From: a virus
Length of the DNA stretch: 64,000 nucleotides
Virus record (IMG/VR): IMGVR_UViG_3300036766_000644
Location: 48,685-112,684 of that record
Direction: 5' to 3' (one strand)
Numbering within the stretch: the first letter of the stretch is position 1; every line of letters begins with the position of its first letter. Positions 52,518 to 61,762 of this stretch are shown here, piece by piece. A model generated the notes under the pieces. The model did no database searches. It was not told the origin of the DNA and saw nothing but the letters and a program-made list of their open reading frames with translations. The position numbers and the translations under genes are program-made.

Positions 52518-54437
52518 ATGCCGCTACCAAGTCCCGAAGAAGTACAGGGGATGCTGATCGACTCGGCCTTCGGAAGCGACGCGTTCACGGTCTCGAAGGG
52601 TGAGAAGACGACGTGGATGCTCGAGATGGAAGCCGAGAAGGCGGTCGCCGCTGCGCAAGCGCGACAACAAGCCGGACAGCCTGCGTCCGTGATCCCGAAT
52701 ACACCGCCTAACCCAGACCCTGCGCCAATTCCCATACTCGGGAAGCTGGCCGGGGTCTTGAAGTACTTCACGCGCGGTGATCCCGTTTTAGAGGCGGCCA
52801 CCAAGATACGATTCAAAGACTTCTACGCGGGCGTGCTCACCAAGGGCGTGCTCGTACTCGAGCCTGCGTGTGATGCTGAGTGGGACGCGGCGAAGCCGAT
52901 GGATGTGCCGTACGCTAATCTCAAGCGGGCGGGGCTCCATCGAGGAGGCATACCTCTCGGCATTGATACCCTCGGACAGTGGATCAAGAGCAAGACGTAC
53001 GGTGACTGCATGCCGAACGGGTCGCTGGCGGATGATTACCTGTGCCTGCTGACTCTACTCAAGCTTGATCCTGAGCTCACCGGAGGCAAGCTTGAGTGGA
53101 ACATGATGGACTGCACGATCACAGCGGATCGTGTACGTGTGGACTTCGGCCTCATCATCAGCAACATCCGGATTGCTATCGGCTCTACGTACTCCGTGCC
53201 CTCCACGGGGCGCCGCGGAAACCGCCGCTTCGTGCCCAGCGAGTCCTTCGTGATGCAGGCCGTCGAGGCAATCGCCAAGGAGAACCCGTACCACCCTTCG
53301 AAGGAGTATCTCCAGCTTGGCCCTACGTGGGACGGCACCGACTACATGCTGCTCCTGCTGAAGGCGATTGGTGGGATCAAGGACACCGCTGGCCTCGCAG
53401 GTGAGGCGCTGGACTGGGTGATGAAGACGAACGCCTTGGCGCTGTCGCAGCTCACGAAGACGCTAGTAGGCGCAGTTGCACGGACCATGGACCCAGGCTG
53501 CCAGATGGACACGATGCTGGTGCTGAAGTCGAAGCAGGGCACCAAGAAGTCTTCGTTGTTCAGGGCCATCGCACCAGCCAGGCGCTTCTCGTCAGCGCAC
53601 TTCGACTTCGGGTCGAAGGACTCGCGCATAACGTTCATGCAAAACACTCTCATTGAAGTCGCGGAACTGAGCTCAATGCAGAGGAAGGACATCGGGCTCG
53701 TCAAGGCTGAGATCACGGAACGCAGTGACGACTTTCGTCAGCCTTACGCGAGGTCGATGACGAAGAACCCACGCTGGTGCATCATGGTGGGCTCTACTAA
53801 CGATGACACCTTCTTGAAGGATCAGACGGGGTCACGGCGTTTCTGGGTCATCGTCGTATTGGATGATCACAAGACGGACATCCCGTACGTCGAAAGCATC
53901 ATCCCGCAGGTGTGGGCGCAGGCTTTATTCCTCTACCTCGGGGCGGCGGCATGCCCTACCTGCGCTGCTGCGGCTGACGGGGAAGTACGTTGCCCCGACC
54001 ATCGTTGGTGGCTGAGCCTCGAGGAAGACGAGCTGCGTGAGAAGTACAACGAGCAGTTCACCGAGCAGGAGCCGTACGTCGACATGGTGAAGGACTGGCT
54101 CCGGAATACCCTCTCGGACAAGAAGACCGCGAAGCAGGGGCTACACACCGCCCACAAGAACACCGACGCCCTCAAGATTCACGAGGTGCTGGAAGCCGTG
54201 GCTAACCTGCCCCCTGAAAAATGTGGGGATCCGGGCCACCAAAGGCGCATGGCTTACGCCCTAAAACAAAACGGCTACATCAAGAAACACACGGAAGACG
54301 GCAATGTGTGGATTAGTCCAGGTATGCAGAACAGACCTGATCTTTCCATCGTACGCCCCGTAGATCCGCCTAAGACAGTTAAAAAAGAAGAAACGACTCC
54401 TGAGGAACTAGAGGCGTTAAAAAAAGCTAAAACGTGA
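52518..54437 (+). CDS. primase-associated P-loop NTPase (VirE / P4-primase C-terminal-like) (639 aa)
   Basis: Walker-A-like LKSKQGTKKSSL. Walker-B/arginine region GSRRFWVIVVLDD. Follows the Prim-Pol gene, as in P4/VirE-type replication modules. Confidence 0.7.
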   Translation: MPLPSPEEVQGMLIDSAFGSDAFTVSKGEKTTWMLEMEAEKAVAAAQARQQAGQPASVIPNTPPNPDPAPIPILGKLAGVLKYFTRGDPVLEAATKIRFKDFYAGVLTKGVLVLEPACDAEWDAAKPMDVPYANLKRAGLHRGGIPLGIDTLGQWIKSKTYGDCMPNGSLADDYLCLLTLLKLDPELTGGKLEWNMMDCTITADRVRVDFGLIISNIRIAIGSTYSVPSTGRRGNRRFVPSESFVMQAVEAIAKENPYHPSKEYLQLGPTWDGTDYMLLLLKAIGGIKDTAGLAGEALDWVMKTNALALSQLTKTLVGAVARTMDPGCQMDTMLVLKSKQGTKKSSLFRAIAPARRFSSAHFDFGSKDSRITFMQNTLIEVAELSSMQRKDIGLVKAEITERSDDFRQPYARSMTKNPRWCIMVGSTNDDTFLKDQTGSRRFWVIVVLDDHKTDIPYVESIIPQVWAQALFLYLGAAACPTCAAAADGEVRCPDHRWWLSLEEDELREKYNEQFTEQEPYVDMVKDWLRNTLSDKKTAKQGLHTAHKNTDALKIHEVLEAVANLPPEKCGDPGHQRRMAYALKQNGYIKKHTEDGNVWISPGMQNRPDLSIVRPVDPPKTVKKEETTPEELEALKKAKT

Positions 54438-54439
54438 AG

Positions 54440-54765
54440 GCTGAACCCCCGGCTGAACCCAAGGACGGTTTTCATGGGTACAGCCGTAAGGCGATGAACC
54501 GATTCATCTTTTAGTCAAAAAAAGGCCAAACTGAACCACTGAACCCACTGGACCCTAAAGTTGAAGACTTGGCTGTGATGTACATAACGGCGAGTCACTC
54601 ATAATATGCAAGCAAGGCTCATGCCAAAAAGAGGTCATTTAGCTGAGGTGTCAAACAGAATCTCCTATTTACTATTCAGGATGGTTCATGGGTTCAGTTT
54701 GGGGTCGGATTTAAAAGATTTCAAGTAGTTATGGCTGAACCCATCTTGCGAAGTGCTGAACCCTC
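54440..54765. repeat. iteron cluster (CTGAACCC in both orientations, at least 6 copies) flanking an AT-rich stretch. Candidate replication origin or regulatory region.
   Basis: CTGAACCC at 54441, 54453, 54539, 54735 and 54756. GGGTTCAG at 54690. CTGAACCA and CTGGACCC variants. AT-rich 54560-54730. Located right after the primase/helicase gene. Confidence 0.55.
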
Positions 54766-54913
54766 CCTTGCCCACACGTTCCTACTCCCGAGTCGTGCTG
54801 TTTCGCCTTCCGGCACCATGGTCTCGTCCTGGAACCCGTGGTCGACGACCTGACTCGAGGACGGGCACGCAACCCACTCAGGGTGTCCCCCAGGGCCCCT
54901 AGAAAGCGTTCCG

Positions 54914-55195
54914 ATGAAGGCCGAGCTCCGGCTGTTGAAGCTCCGAAAAGAAAAGCACGACGCCATCGCGGCGCTCGCCACGAAGTACGACAAACGCATC
55001 GCCACGCTTCTCAAGTCGCTCGATGGAAAATGTAAGCATCCTGTAGAAGTCCAGCAGCCGTTGGCGTGGCTCTGGGATAGTGGGTACGGCCACCAGAAGC
55101 AGGTCGCAGGCATCACCTGCGGTGCCTGCGGTAAGCAGAAGCTCTGGACCGGCTCAACGCTTTGGTACTTCCCCGGCGAGTGTGAGCACACCTGA
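54914..55195 (+). CDS. hypothetical protein with CxxC…CxxC (93 aa)
   Basis: ORF. Confidence 0.5.
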   Translation: MKAELRLLKLRKEKHDAIAALATKYDKRIATLLKSLDGKCKHPVEVQQPLAWLWDSGYGHQKQVAGITCGACGKQKLWTGSTLWYFPGECEHT

Positions 55196-55557
55196 TGGTC
55201 CAGAAATCCACAGTCGTTCACGATTCCGTCATGGAAGAGTTCACACCGACCTGCAGGCACTGTAAGAAGACGGCCGACGAGCACATGGACGGAACCGAGG
55301 ACGCCACAGGCAAGTGCCTCTTCGAAGCAACGACGTGGGAAGAGATGTCTCACGACGAATGGACGGAGTGGCGCAAGAGCTTGTGGGCTGAGCTCTCTGC
55401 TGATTTCATCCGCGACCAGCTTCGTTCGAACGGAATAGCCTCAAGGATCAAGACGGACCTGATGGTTTACGGTAACGCGTTCGTCGAGGCCACGCCTGCT
55501 TCTGACGGAATCAAGGTTACGCGCGTTGAGCCGTGGCTCGTCGACGAGAAGAAGTGA
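55195..55557 (+). CDS. hypothetical protein (120 aa)
   Basis: TGATG-coupled. Confidence 0.5.
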   Translation: MVQKSTVVHDSVMEEFTPTCRHCKKTADEHMDGTEDATGKCLFEATTWEEMSHDEWTEWRKSLWAELSADFIRDQLRSNGIASRIKTDLMVYGNAFVEATPASDGIKVTRVEPWLVDEKK

Positions 55558-55559
55558 CC

Positions 55560-55775
55560 ATGCCCCCACTACCCGAACGTGAAGTATTCCAGCGGTACCT
55601 CGACAACGATGCTCGTAATCTCTTAGACGTTCATCCGGGGCGACAAGATCTCATGCTTCGCTGCGCCGCAGACTGCGCACGACGTTACGTCGAGGCCTTG
55701 GACTTCGGTGACGCTGCCTTTCTTCAGCAAGCTGAAGGCAATCTTCGTCTCGCCGTGAAGTCTCTCTGGACCTAA
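55560..55775 (+). CDS. hypothetical protein (71 aa)
   Basis: ATG two nt after the previous stop. The track begins it at 55533. Confidence 0.45.
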   Translation: MPPLPEREVFQRYLDNDARNLLDVHPGRQDLMLRCAADCARRYVEALDFGDAAFLQQAEGNLRLAVKSLWT

Positions 55776-55787
55776 GCTTGGAGCCCC

Positions 55788-56345
55788 ATGTACCTCGGCA
55801 TCGACCAGTCTCTTCGTTGTTCCGGTGTCGCAGTAATCGGTAAGGACCAAGAGCTCCTGTACGTGGGGACGATTACTCCGGGGAAGCTCACCGGCGCCCC
55901 GAGGTTGGGGTGTATCCGTAGTGCACTGCGAGATGTTTTAGCCGCTGAGCCGGACATCGAATTCGCTGCGCTCGAGGGCTACTCCTACGGTTCTGGGGCT
56001 GGCCGAACCTTCGAGCTCGGTGAAGTCGGTGCCGTAGTGAAGCTGGTGTTGTGGGACGCAGGAATCCCCTACATCACTGTTTCTCCAGCGGGGTTGAAGC
56101 AGTTCGTCTCGGGCAACGGGGGCTCTAACAAAGAGCACATGCGCCAGGCTGTACTCAGTAAATGGGGCATCGACTTCGCTGATCGAGACGATGAGTGTGA
56201 CGCCTATGGCCTCGCCCAGGTAGCTCGGGCGACCCATCTGGGGGTAGGCAAGACTCGGGCAGAGCTCGAGGTAGTGAAGAAGCTAAAAGATACGACCAAG
56301 AAGATCTCGCTGGTCGCTACACCAGCGCGTATTGTTTCCATCTAA
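55788..56345 (+). CDS. RuvC-like Holliday junction resolvase (185 aa)
   Basis: MYLGIDQSLRCSGVAV is the motif-I Asp. …ALEGYSYG… and DDECDAYGLAQVA carry the C-terminal Asp. RNase H-like fold signature. Confidence 0.7.
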   Translation: MYLGIDQSLRCSGVAVIGKDQELLYVGTITPGKLTGAPRLGCIRSALRDVLAAEPDIEFAALEGYSYGSGAGRTFELGEVGAVVKLVLWDAGIPYITVSPAGLKQFVSGNGGSNKEHMRQAVLSKWGIDFADRDDECDAYGLAQVARATHLGVGKTRAELEVVKKLKDTTKKISLVATPARIVSI

Positions 56346-56356
56346 CCAAGGTGCTT

Positions 56357-59098
56357 ATGGATCTCACGCCACAAATGATCATTGAGAGCAGCATGCCCGC
56401 TGCCTTGACCCCGCCGTCGACGCTCACCTTCAAGGCCGTCTTCACCGCCGACAATCAGCATCCGTACGACGTCATCACATGGAAGAACGTGGACGCCGTC
56501 ATTCGTAAAGCCGACGGCTCCGTAGCCTTCGAGCAGCTCCAAGTCGAAGCCCCGTCATTCTGGAGCGAGCGAGCCATCAACATCGTCGCGGAGAAGTATT
56601 TCCGCATGATCAATGGTGTGAAGGAGAACTCAGTCAAGCAGCTCATCACCCGCGTGGCGAGGACCATCGCGCACTCTGGCCAAGAGCAGGGCCTGTTCGG
56701 TGCGAAGGAGAGCGTGACGTTCGAGCTCGAGCTCACCTACATGCTGCTGCACCAGATGTTCGCGTTCAACTCTCCGGTGTGGTTCAACATCGGCGTCCCC
56801 GGTGTGAGCCAGCAAGCATCGGCCTGCTTCATCAACTCCGTCGAGGACACGATGGAGAGCATCACCGACCTGGCCAAGACCGAGGTCATGTTGTTCAAGG
56901 GTGGCTCTGGCGCGGGGACCAACCTCTCCAAGCTCCGCAGCAGCTACGAGCTCCTGTCTGGGGGCGGCAATCCCTCAGGCCCTGTGAGCTTCATGAAGAT
57001 GCTGGACGCCGGGGCTGGCGTCACCAAGTCAGGCGGAACCACACGCAGAGCAGCGCTGATGCGCGTGCTCAACGTGGACCATCCCGATGTCCTCGTTCAG
57101 TCCAACGGCGAGGCAGGCTTCATCAACTGCAAGACGCACGCAGAGAAGATCGCACAGGCTCTCATCGCCGCAGGTTTCAGCGCTGAGTTCAACAAGCCGG
57201 GCAACGCCTACGACTTGTCCCCGTTCCAGAACGCCAACAACTCAGTGCGTGTGACCGACTTCTTCATGCGCAAGGTGCAGGACGACCAGGCGTTCCAGAC
57301 GAAGAGCCGCACCACCGGAGAGACAGTCCACACCTACAAGGCCCGTGAGCTCTGGGACGAGATTGCCAAGGCAGCGTGGGCCAGCGGAGATCCTGGCCTT
57401 CAGTTCGACACGTCCACGAACAAGTGGCACACGCTCCCCAACACAGGGAAGATCAACTCATCGAATCCCTGCTCAGAGTTTCTGCATCTCGACGACACCA
57501 GCTGCAACCTGGGCAGCTTCAACCTGCTCAAGTTCAACCGCAATGGGCCGCCTGGCCAAGGGTCTGCGTTCGATGTCACGGCGTTCGTGCACGCAACAGA
57601 GATTGCCATCACTGGGATGGAGATCCTCTGCGGCTACGCGGACTACCCGACGTTCGACATCGCCAAGCACACCAAGGCGTCGCGCCCGTTGGGGATTGGC
57701 TACGCCAACCTCGGCTCGCTGCTGATGGTGAAGGGGCTGGCTTACGACTCCCCTGAGGGTCGTGAGTTCGCAGCTGGCGTCACAGCGCTGATGACAGGCG
57801 CGGCGTACCGGCAGAGCGCCCGAATGGCGAAGGCCGTAGGCACGTTTGACTACTTCAACGCGAACAAGAAGGAGATGCTCGAAGTCGTAGCGCTACACAA
57901 GGACGCGGCGGAGCTTCTTCCTAAGCGCCACCACGCCTCGATCAAAGAAGCTGTGTCTATCTGGCACGAGGCGTACGCGCTCGGCAAAGAGTACGGATAC
58001 CGCAACAGCCAGGTCTCCGTGCTGGCCCCCACAGGCACCATCGGCTTCATGATGGACTGCGACACCACGGGCGTAGAGCCGATGATCGCTCTCGTTCAAC
58101 ACAAGAAGCTCGTCGGTGGTGGCTACGTGAAGATGCCGAACCGGGTAGTTGCTGAGGCTGCCCGCAGCCTCGGCTACATCAACTCTGAGCTAGACCTGTT
58201 TTTGGCGGATCTGGATAAGCCGGTCTCCGCAGATACGATTTTCCCTGTGGCACACCGCAAGGTCTTCCAGACAGCCATTGGTGCAGACCCCATCAGCACC
58301 GAAGGTCACCTGCTGATGATGGCAGCCGTCCAGCCTTTCCTCAGCGGCGGCATCAGCAAGACCGTCAACATGTCGAACCACGCCACCGTCGGTGACGTCG
58401 CCAACGTGTACATGCGTGCGTGGGAGCTCGGCCTGAAGTGCGTGGCCGTCTACCGCGACGGCTGCAAGGCGAGCCAGCCGATCTCCTCGAAGGCAGAGAA
58501 GACGCTCGACAAGGCGCAGTCCGAAGAGCTCAAGACAGCGCTGAAGAAGACCATCAAGGAATTCGAGGAAGGCAAGCCGCACCTTCGTTGGGGTGAGCGC
58601 AAGCGTCTCCCCGATGACCGCAACAGCATCACCCACAAGTTCAGCGTGGGCGGACAAGACGGCTATCTGCACCTCGGTCTCTACGACGATGGCAGCCCTG
58701 GCGAGGTCTTCATCAACATCAGCAAGGCAGGCTCGACGCTCCATGGTCTCGTCGACATGGCGGCCACAGCCATCTCGGTGGGCCTACAGCACGGCGTGCC
58801 GTTGAGCACCATGCTCGAGAAGTTCCGCGGCATGCGTTTCGAACCCTCAGGATTCACAGGCAACAAGGCAATCCCGAGGGTCGACTCACTGGCGGACTAC
58901 TTCGCCAAATGGATGGAGCTTAGGGAATCAGCACAGCTCCCTGTCCAAGAGACCCCGAAACCTGCTACACAAGCATCGACGAAAACGAATGGGGTCAGCT
59001 ACCACGGGGATCCTTGTCGCAGTTGCGGTAACATCACCGTACGAGCGGGCAGCTGCTGGGTCTGCAATTCGTGCGGTACAACGACGGGATGCGGATGA
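56357..59098 (+). CDS. nrdJ: class II (adenosylcobalamin-dependent) ribonucleotide reductase (~913 aa)
   Basis: NPCSEFLHLDDTSCNLGSFNL is the catalytic Cys loop. C-terminal CRSCGN…CWVCNSCG zinc ribbon. ATG 56357 with AAGG upstream. Confidence 0.85.
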   Translation: MDLTPQMIIESSMPAALTPPSTLTFKAVFTADNQHPYDVITWKNVDAVIRKADGSVAFEQLQVEAPSFWSERAINIVAEKYFRMINGVKENSVKQLITRVARTIAHSGQEQGLFGAKESVTFELELTYMLLHQMFAFNSPVWFNIGVPGVSQQASACFINSVEDTMESITDLAKTEVMLFKGGSGAGTNLSKLRSSYELLSGGGNPSGPVSFMKMLDAGAGVTKSGGTTRRAALMRVLNVDHPDVLVQSNGEAGFINCKTHAEKIAQALIAAGFSAEFNKPGNAYDLSPFQNANNSVRVTDFFMRKVQDDQAFQTKSRTTGETVHTYKARELWDEIAKAAWASGDPGLQFDTSTNKWHTLPNTGKINSSNPCSEFLHLDDTSCNLGSFNLLKFNRNGPPGQGSAFDVTAFVHATEIAITGMEILCGYADYPTFDIAKHTKASRPLGIGYANLGSLLMVKGLAYDSPEGREFAAGVTALMTGAAYRQSARMAKAVGTFDYFNANKKEMLEVVALHKDAAELLPKRHHASIKEAVSIWHEAYALGKEYGYRNSQVSVLAPTGTIGFMMDCDTTGVEPMIALVQHKKLVGGGYVKMPNRVVAEAARSLGYINSELDLFLADLDKPVSADTIFPVAHRKVFQTAIGADPISTEGHLLMMAAVQPFLSGGISKTVNMSNHATVGDVANVYMRAWELGLKCVAVYRDGCKASQPISSKAEKTLDKAQSEELKTALKKTIKEFEEGKPHLRWGERKRLPDDRNSITHKFSVGGQDGYLHLGLYDDGSPGEVFINISKAGSTLHGLVDMAATAISVGLQHGVPLSTMLEKFRGMRFEPSGFTGNKAIPRVDSLADYFAKWMELRESAQLPVQETPKPATQASTKTNGVSYHGDPCRSCGNITVRAGSCWVCNSCGTTTGCG

Positions 59099-59388
59099 AC
59101 CGACGAAGCTTTCTTTCCATCAGTGGGCTGTTCGGTGTGGGCGCTGGGCTTGCTGCCACAGTGTCCCACGCCAGCCGTCCCACAGATCCTCGAGCCATGG
59201 TTTCGTGTGAAGGTGCTCACGAGCCTGTGGCGGACTACATCGATGGTGACCCCGCCATCTGCATCGCGACGGCGGACGACCTCATGCGAACTCTCGTACC
59301 GTGCAAGCGTTGCGGTGCGTTGTTCGCGATGCCCTGGAAGGCGGCACAAGTGCCTGTGATGACCTACGGCCTGGGGCGAATCCGATGA
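59095..59388 (+). CDS. small protein with twin-arginine (Tat)-like signal peptide (~97 aa)
   Basis: MNRRSFLSISGLFGVGAGLAATVSHA. ATGA overlap with the nrdJ stop. Confidence 0.5.
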   Translation: MNRRSFLSISGLFGVGAGLAATVSHASRPTDPRAMVSCEGAHEPVADYIDGDPAICIATADDLMRTLVPCKRCGALFAMPWKAAQVPVMTYGLGRIR

Positions 59389-59585
59389 AGTGCTCCAACT
59401 GCGACAAAGAAGCTGACGGCATCACGGCGCTGGTGCTCTACAACGACCAGACCCGGGAGTCCGTCGCGCGCATTTGCCCGGTTTGCCAAGAGAACGTCTT
59501 GACGTTGAAGATCGTTCTGACGCGTAGCGACATCGACAAACGCTTCACCTTCGACGGGTACCTTCCCGTCGCGTCTAAGAGGTAA
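59385..59585 (+). CDS. zinc-ribbon small protein (66 aa; CSNCD…CPVC)
   Basis: ATGA-coupled. Confidence 0.45.
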   Translation: MKCSNCDKEADGITALVLYNDQTRESVARICPVCQENVLTLKIVLTRSDIDKRFTFDGYLPVASKR

Positions 59586-59586
59586 C

Positions 59587-60093
59587 GTGCCCCTCGACCC
59601 CATCACGCTCACCAACAAGCTACTGGCCCTCGATGAAGGGCCGGTCCAGCTGACTGACATTCCGTCCACGGCTAAGGCGTGGGCGGATGCGTGGTGGGGT
59701 TACGCGTCGGGCATGGTGTACTTGAACCCGTTGTCGCTGCTTGCGTCGCAACAGCTGGCCACGGGTGCGTTCATGGGCGTCATCATGTCTGGGCTCGGCC
59801 CCGATCCGTTTCCCGGGGCGCCTGCCACATTCATCGCCGCACTTGAGGGAGCAATGCGCGCTGGTTGGGGCGCATTGTCTACCCCCGCATCGTTGATCCC
59901 CCCTGTCATCTCCCTCATCCCGTCACCAGTACCGTTCATTCCGTTGGGGATGGCCATCATTCCCGTAGGGATGGCCGCCCAAGACAAGACCGCTGTTCGC
60001 GCCATGCTCGCTGGGATCATCCACGGCTGGACCATCACCCACATCACGGTCTCTTCCATTGTTCCGCCTGGGACGTTGGGACCGATTCTCTAG
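59587..60093 (+). CDS. hydrophobic, probably membrane protein (168 aa)
   Basis: GTG start. Several hydrophobic segments. Confidence 0.55.
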   Translation: MPLDPITLTNKLLALDEGPVQLTDIPSTAKAWADAWWGYASGMVYLNPLSLLASQQLATGAFMGVIMSGLGPDPFPGAPATFIAALEGAMRAGWGALSTPASLIPPVISLIPSPVPFIPLGMAIIPVGMAAQDKTAVRAMLAGIIHGWTITHITVSSIVPPGTLGPIL

Positions 60094-60100
60094 GAACCGC

Positions 60101-60394
60101 ATGGCCCTCAAAGAAGGCACGAAGCACGACGCCCAGAAGCCCCGCTGGTCCCTCCTCCCGACGGTAGCAATTCAAGCTGTCATCGGCGTGCTCGAGTACG
60201 GAGCACAGAAGTACGCCCCTGAGAACTGGCGCAAAGTCGAGAACGCCCGCACCCGCTACTACGACGCAGCCATGCGGCACATTCACAGCTGGTGGCTTGG
60301 TGAACAGATCGACGCAGAGTCAGGGCATCATCACCTGGCTCATGCGATCTGTTGTTTGGTTTTCCTACTCGCGGTTGAGGTAGAGGGCACGTAA
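60101..60394 (+). CDS. dATP/dGTP diphosphohydrolase-like protein (97 aa)
   Basis: KHDAQKPRWSLLP…VIGVLEYGAQKYAPENWRKV…YYDAAMRHIHSW…ESGHHHLAHA matches the phage dGTP/dATP pyrophosphohydrolase N-terminal domain pattern. Confidence 0.6.
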   Translation: MALKEGTKHDAQKPRWSLLPTVAIQAVIGVLEYGAQKYAPENWRKVENARTRYYDAAMRHIHSWWLGEQIDAESGHHHLAHAICCLVFLLAVEVEGT

Positions 60395-60401
60395 AAACTG
60401 G

Positions 60402-60419
60402 CCGCTCTTGGGTATAAGG
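60402..60419 (+). promoter_or_regulatory. second copy of promoter-like motif CTTGGGTATAAGGG about 17 nt upstream of gene 60436
   Basis: Matches 39664-39681. Confidence 0.4.
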
Positions 60420-60435
60420 GACCGAAAGGAAACTC

Positions 60436-61539
60436 ATGGATCCCACGATGCGGCAGTTGATCAAAGACGTAGTTCTCCTTCGCAAAGCAACAGGTGTGAC
60501 GCAGCAGGAAGTGTCCGCTATGGCGGGCGAACCGTGCAGAACCTTCCTCGCTCATTTTGAGCAAGGGCGGAAAACCCACGTAAACTTGGAAAAGTTTTAC
60601 CGGGTGCTGCACGTATTTTTCAACAAGGCCAAAGGAATACCCGTGTCCGATACGTACGTAACCGTCGCGCAGTTTGACCTCGCAATCGCATCTCTTCGCG
60701 CAGAAATTTTAGCGTCGAAGGGCGTCATCACTCCGAAGGTTCAGCGCACCGTAGTGGAGAAACCTACGAAGCCACAGTTCGAGCAGTACGTTGATGAGAT
60801 CGTGTGTCGCTACACGGTCGATTCCCCGGTGGACACCCAGGTTCTGCTCGGCATCTTGAAAGCCCGCGTCGACGCCGGGGAGATTCAACTCTACAGTAGT
60901 AACCGGCTACTCAAGATCCAAGAGAGCAAGTTCATCAGAACCAAAGGGACTAAGCTCCGGTGTTCCGCGATCTCACTGTACCTTCAGACGAGCGGTAAGG
61001 AGTTCACCGGCTTGAACACCCCGGACAAGTTCCCTCAGGTGAAGTTCATTCGGCTTTCACCAGCAGTCAACGCACCCAACCCACACTACGCGTGGCCGAA
61101 GATTCTCTCCGCTCCTCCTGCCCCCGTACCCGCGCAACTCACGTTGCTCGCTCCTCCCCGCAACCAGATCCTCACCGGCTTGACGCAAGAAGAGACGGAT
61201 TACGCTATGGCCAATTTCGGCCACGGCCCAAAGAACGACGCAGGATGGGTCTACTTCGCACATCCCGTGCTGTGGCGGCAGCTCGCTGAGCTCGGGAGAA
61301 CCACCAAAGAGGCGGTCCACCGGGTGACCCACCGCAACATCGAGTCAGCTGAAACCACCATGCCGGGCGTGCGTACGCCGACGAAGCAATCGCACGAACT
61401 CGTGTCGGCGTACTTGCTGTGGCTGTACTCGCTTGGACACATCCACGTCGATAAGCAGGGGTCTGATCTCATCGTCACCCGGGCGTCTGGGCGCACATAC
61501 GCTGTGGTGGACGTCCTGCCCGCAGCACGGCAGGCGTAG
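60436..61539 (+). CDS. XRE-type HTH N-terminal domain protein with ~280-aa C-terminal extension (367 aa), paralog of gene 36057
   Basis: N-terminal 60 aa about 55% identical to the 36057 product. Confidence 0.7.
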   Translation: MDPTMRQLIKDVVLLRKATGVTQQEVSAMAGEPCRTFLAHFEQGRKTHVNLEKFYRVLHVFFNKAKGIPVSDTYVTVAQFDLAIASLRAEILASKGVITPKVQRTVVEKPTKPQFEQYVDEIVCRYTVDSPVDTQVLLGILKARVDAGEIQLYSSNRLLKIQESKFIRTKGTKLRCSAISLYLQTSGKEFTGLNTPDKFPQVKFIRLSPAVNAPNPHYAWPKILSAPPAPVPAQLTLLAPPRNQILTGLTQEETDYAMANFGHGPKNDAGWVYFAHPVLWRQLAELGRTTKEAVHRVTHRNIESAETTMPGVRTPTKQSHELVSAYLLWLYSLGHIHVDKQGSDLIVTRASGRTYAVVDVLPAARQA

Positions 61540-61560
61540 CTATTTGTAGTACAGCCCCCA

Positions 61561-61588
61561 CGTCCTTGAGACGTGGTGGCTTTTTTAG
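61561..61588 (+). terminator. rho-independent terminator (CCACGTC-cttga-GACGTGG + TTTTTT)
   Basis: Hairpin plus T-run read directly after gene 60436. Confidence 0.6.
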
Positions 61589-61603
61589 TAGGGAAAGGAT
61601 CGC

Positions 61604-61762
61604 ATGCCCAAGCCCAAGCCCCACATCTCCCTGGAGCTCTGGTCCATCAACAGGTGGCTCCGCTTTACCGGTGTCAGGATCTATGTTCAGTTCACCTGTG
61701 CCCACGAACCAGACGAACCCACACGAATCGGCCTCCAGTGGTGGGGTTGGAAGGACTTATGA
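61604..61762 (+). CDS. hypothetical small protein (52 aa), not in the ORF track
   Basis: ATG 61604, GAAAGGA upstream, ATGA overlap with the next gene. Confidence 0.35.
   Translation: MPKPKPHISLELWSINRWLRFTGVRIYVQFTCAHEPDEPTRIGLQWWGWKDL

Noticed and set aside
54721-55353. 210-aa minus-strand ORF spanning the iteron region
   Set aside because: It crosses the AT-rich/iteron non-coding region and is antisense to plus-strand genes 54914..55195 and 55195..55557. Composition is artefactual.
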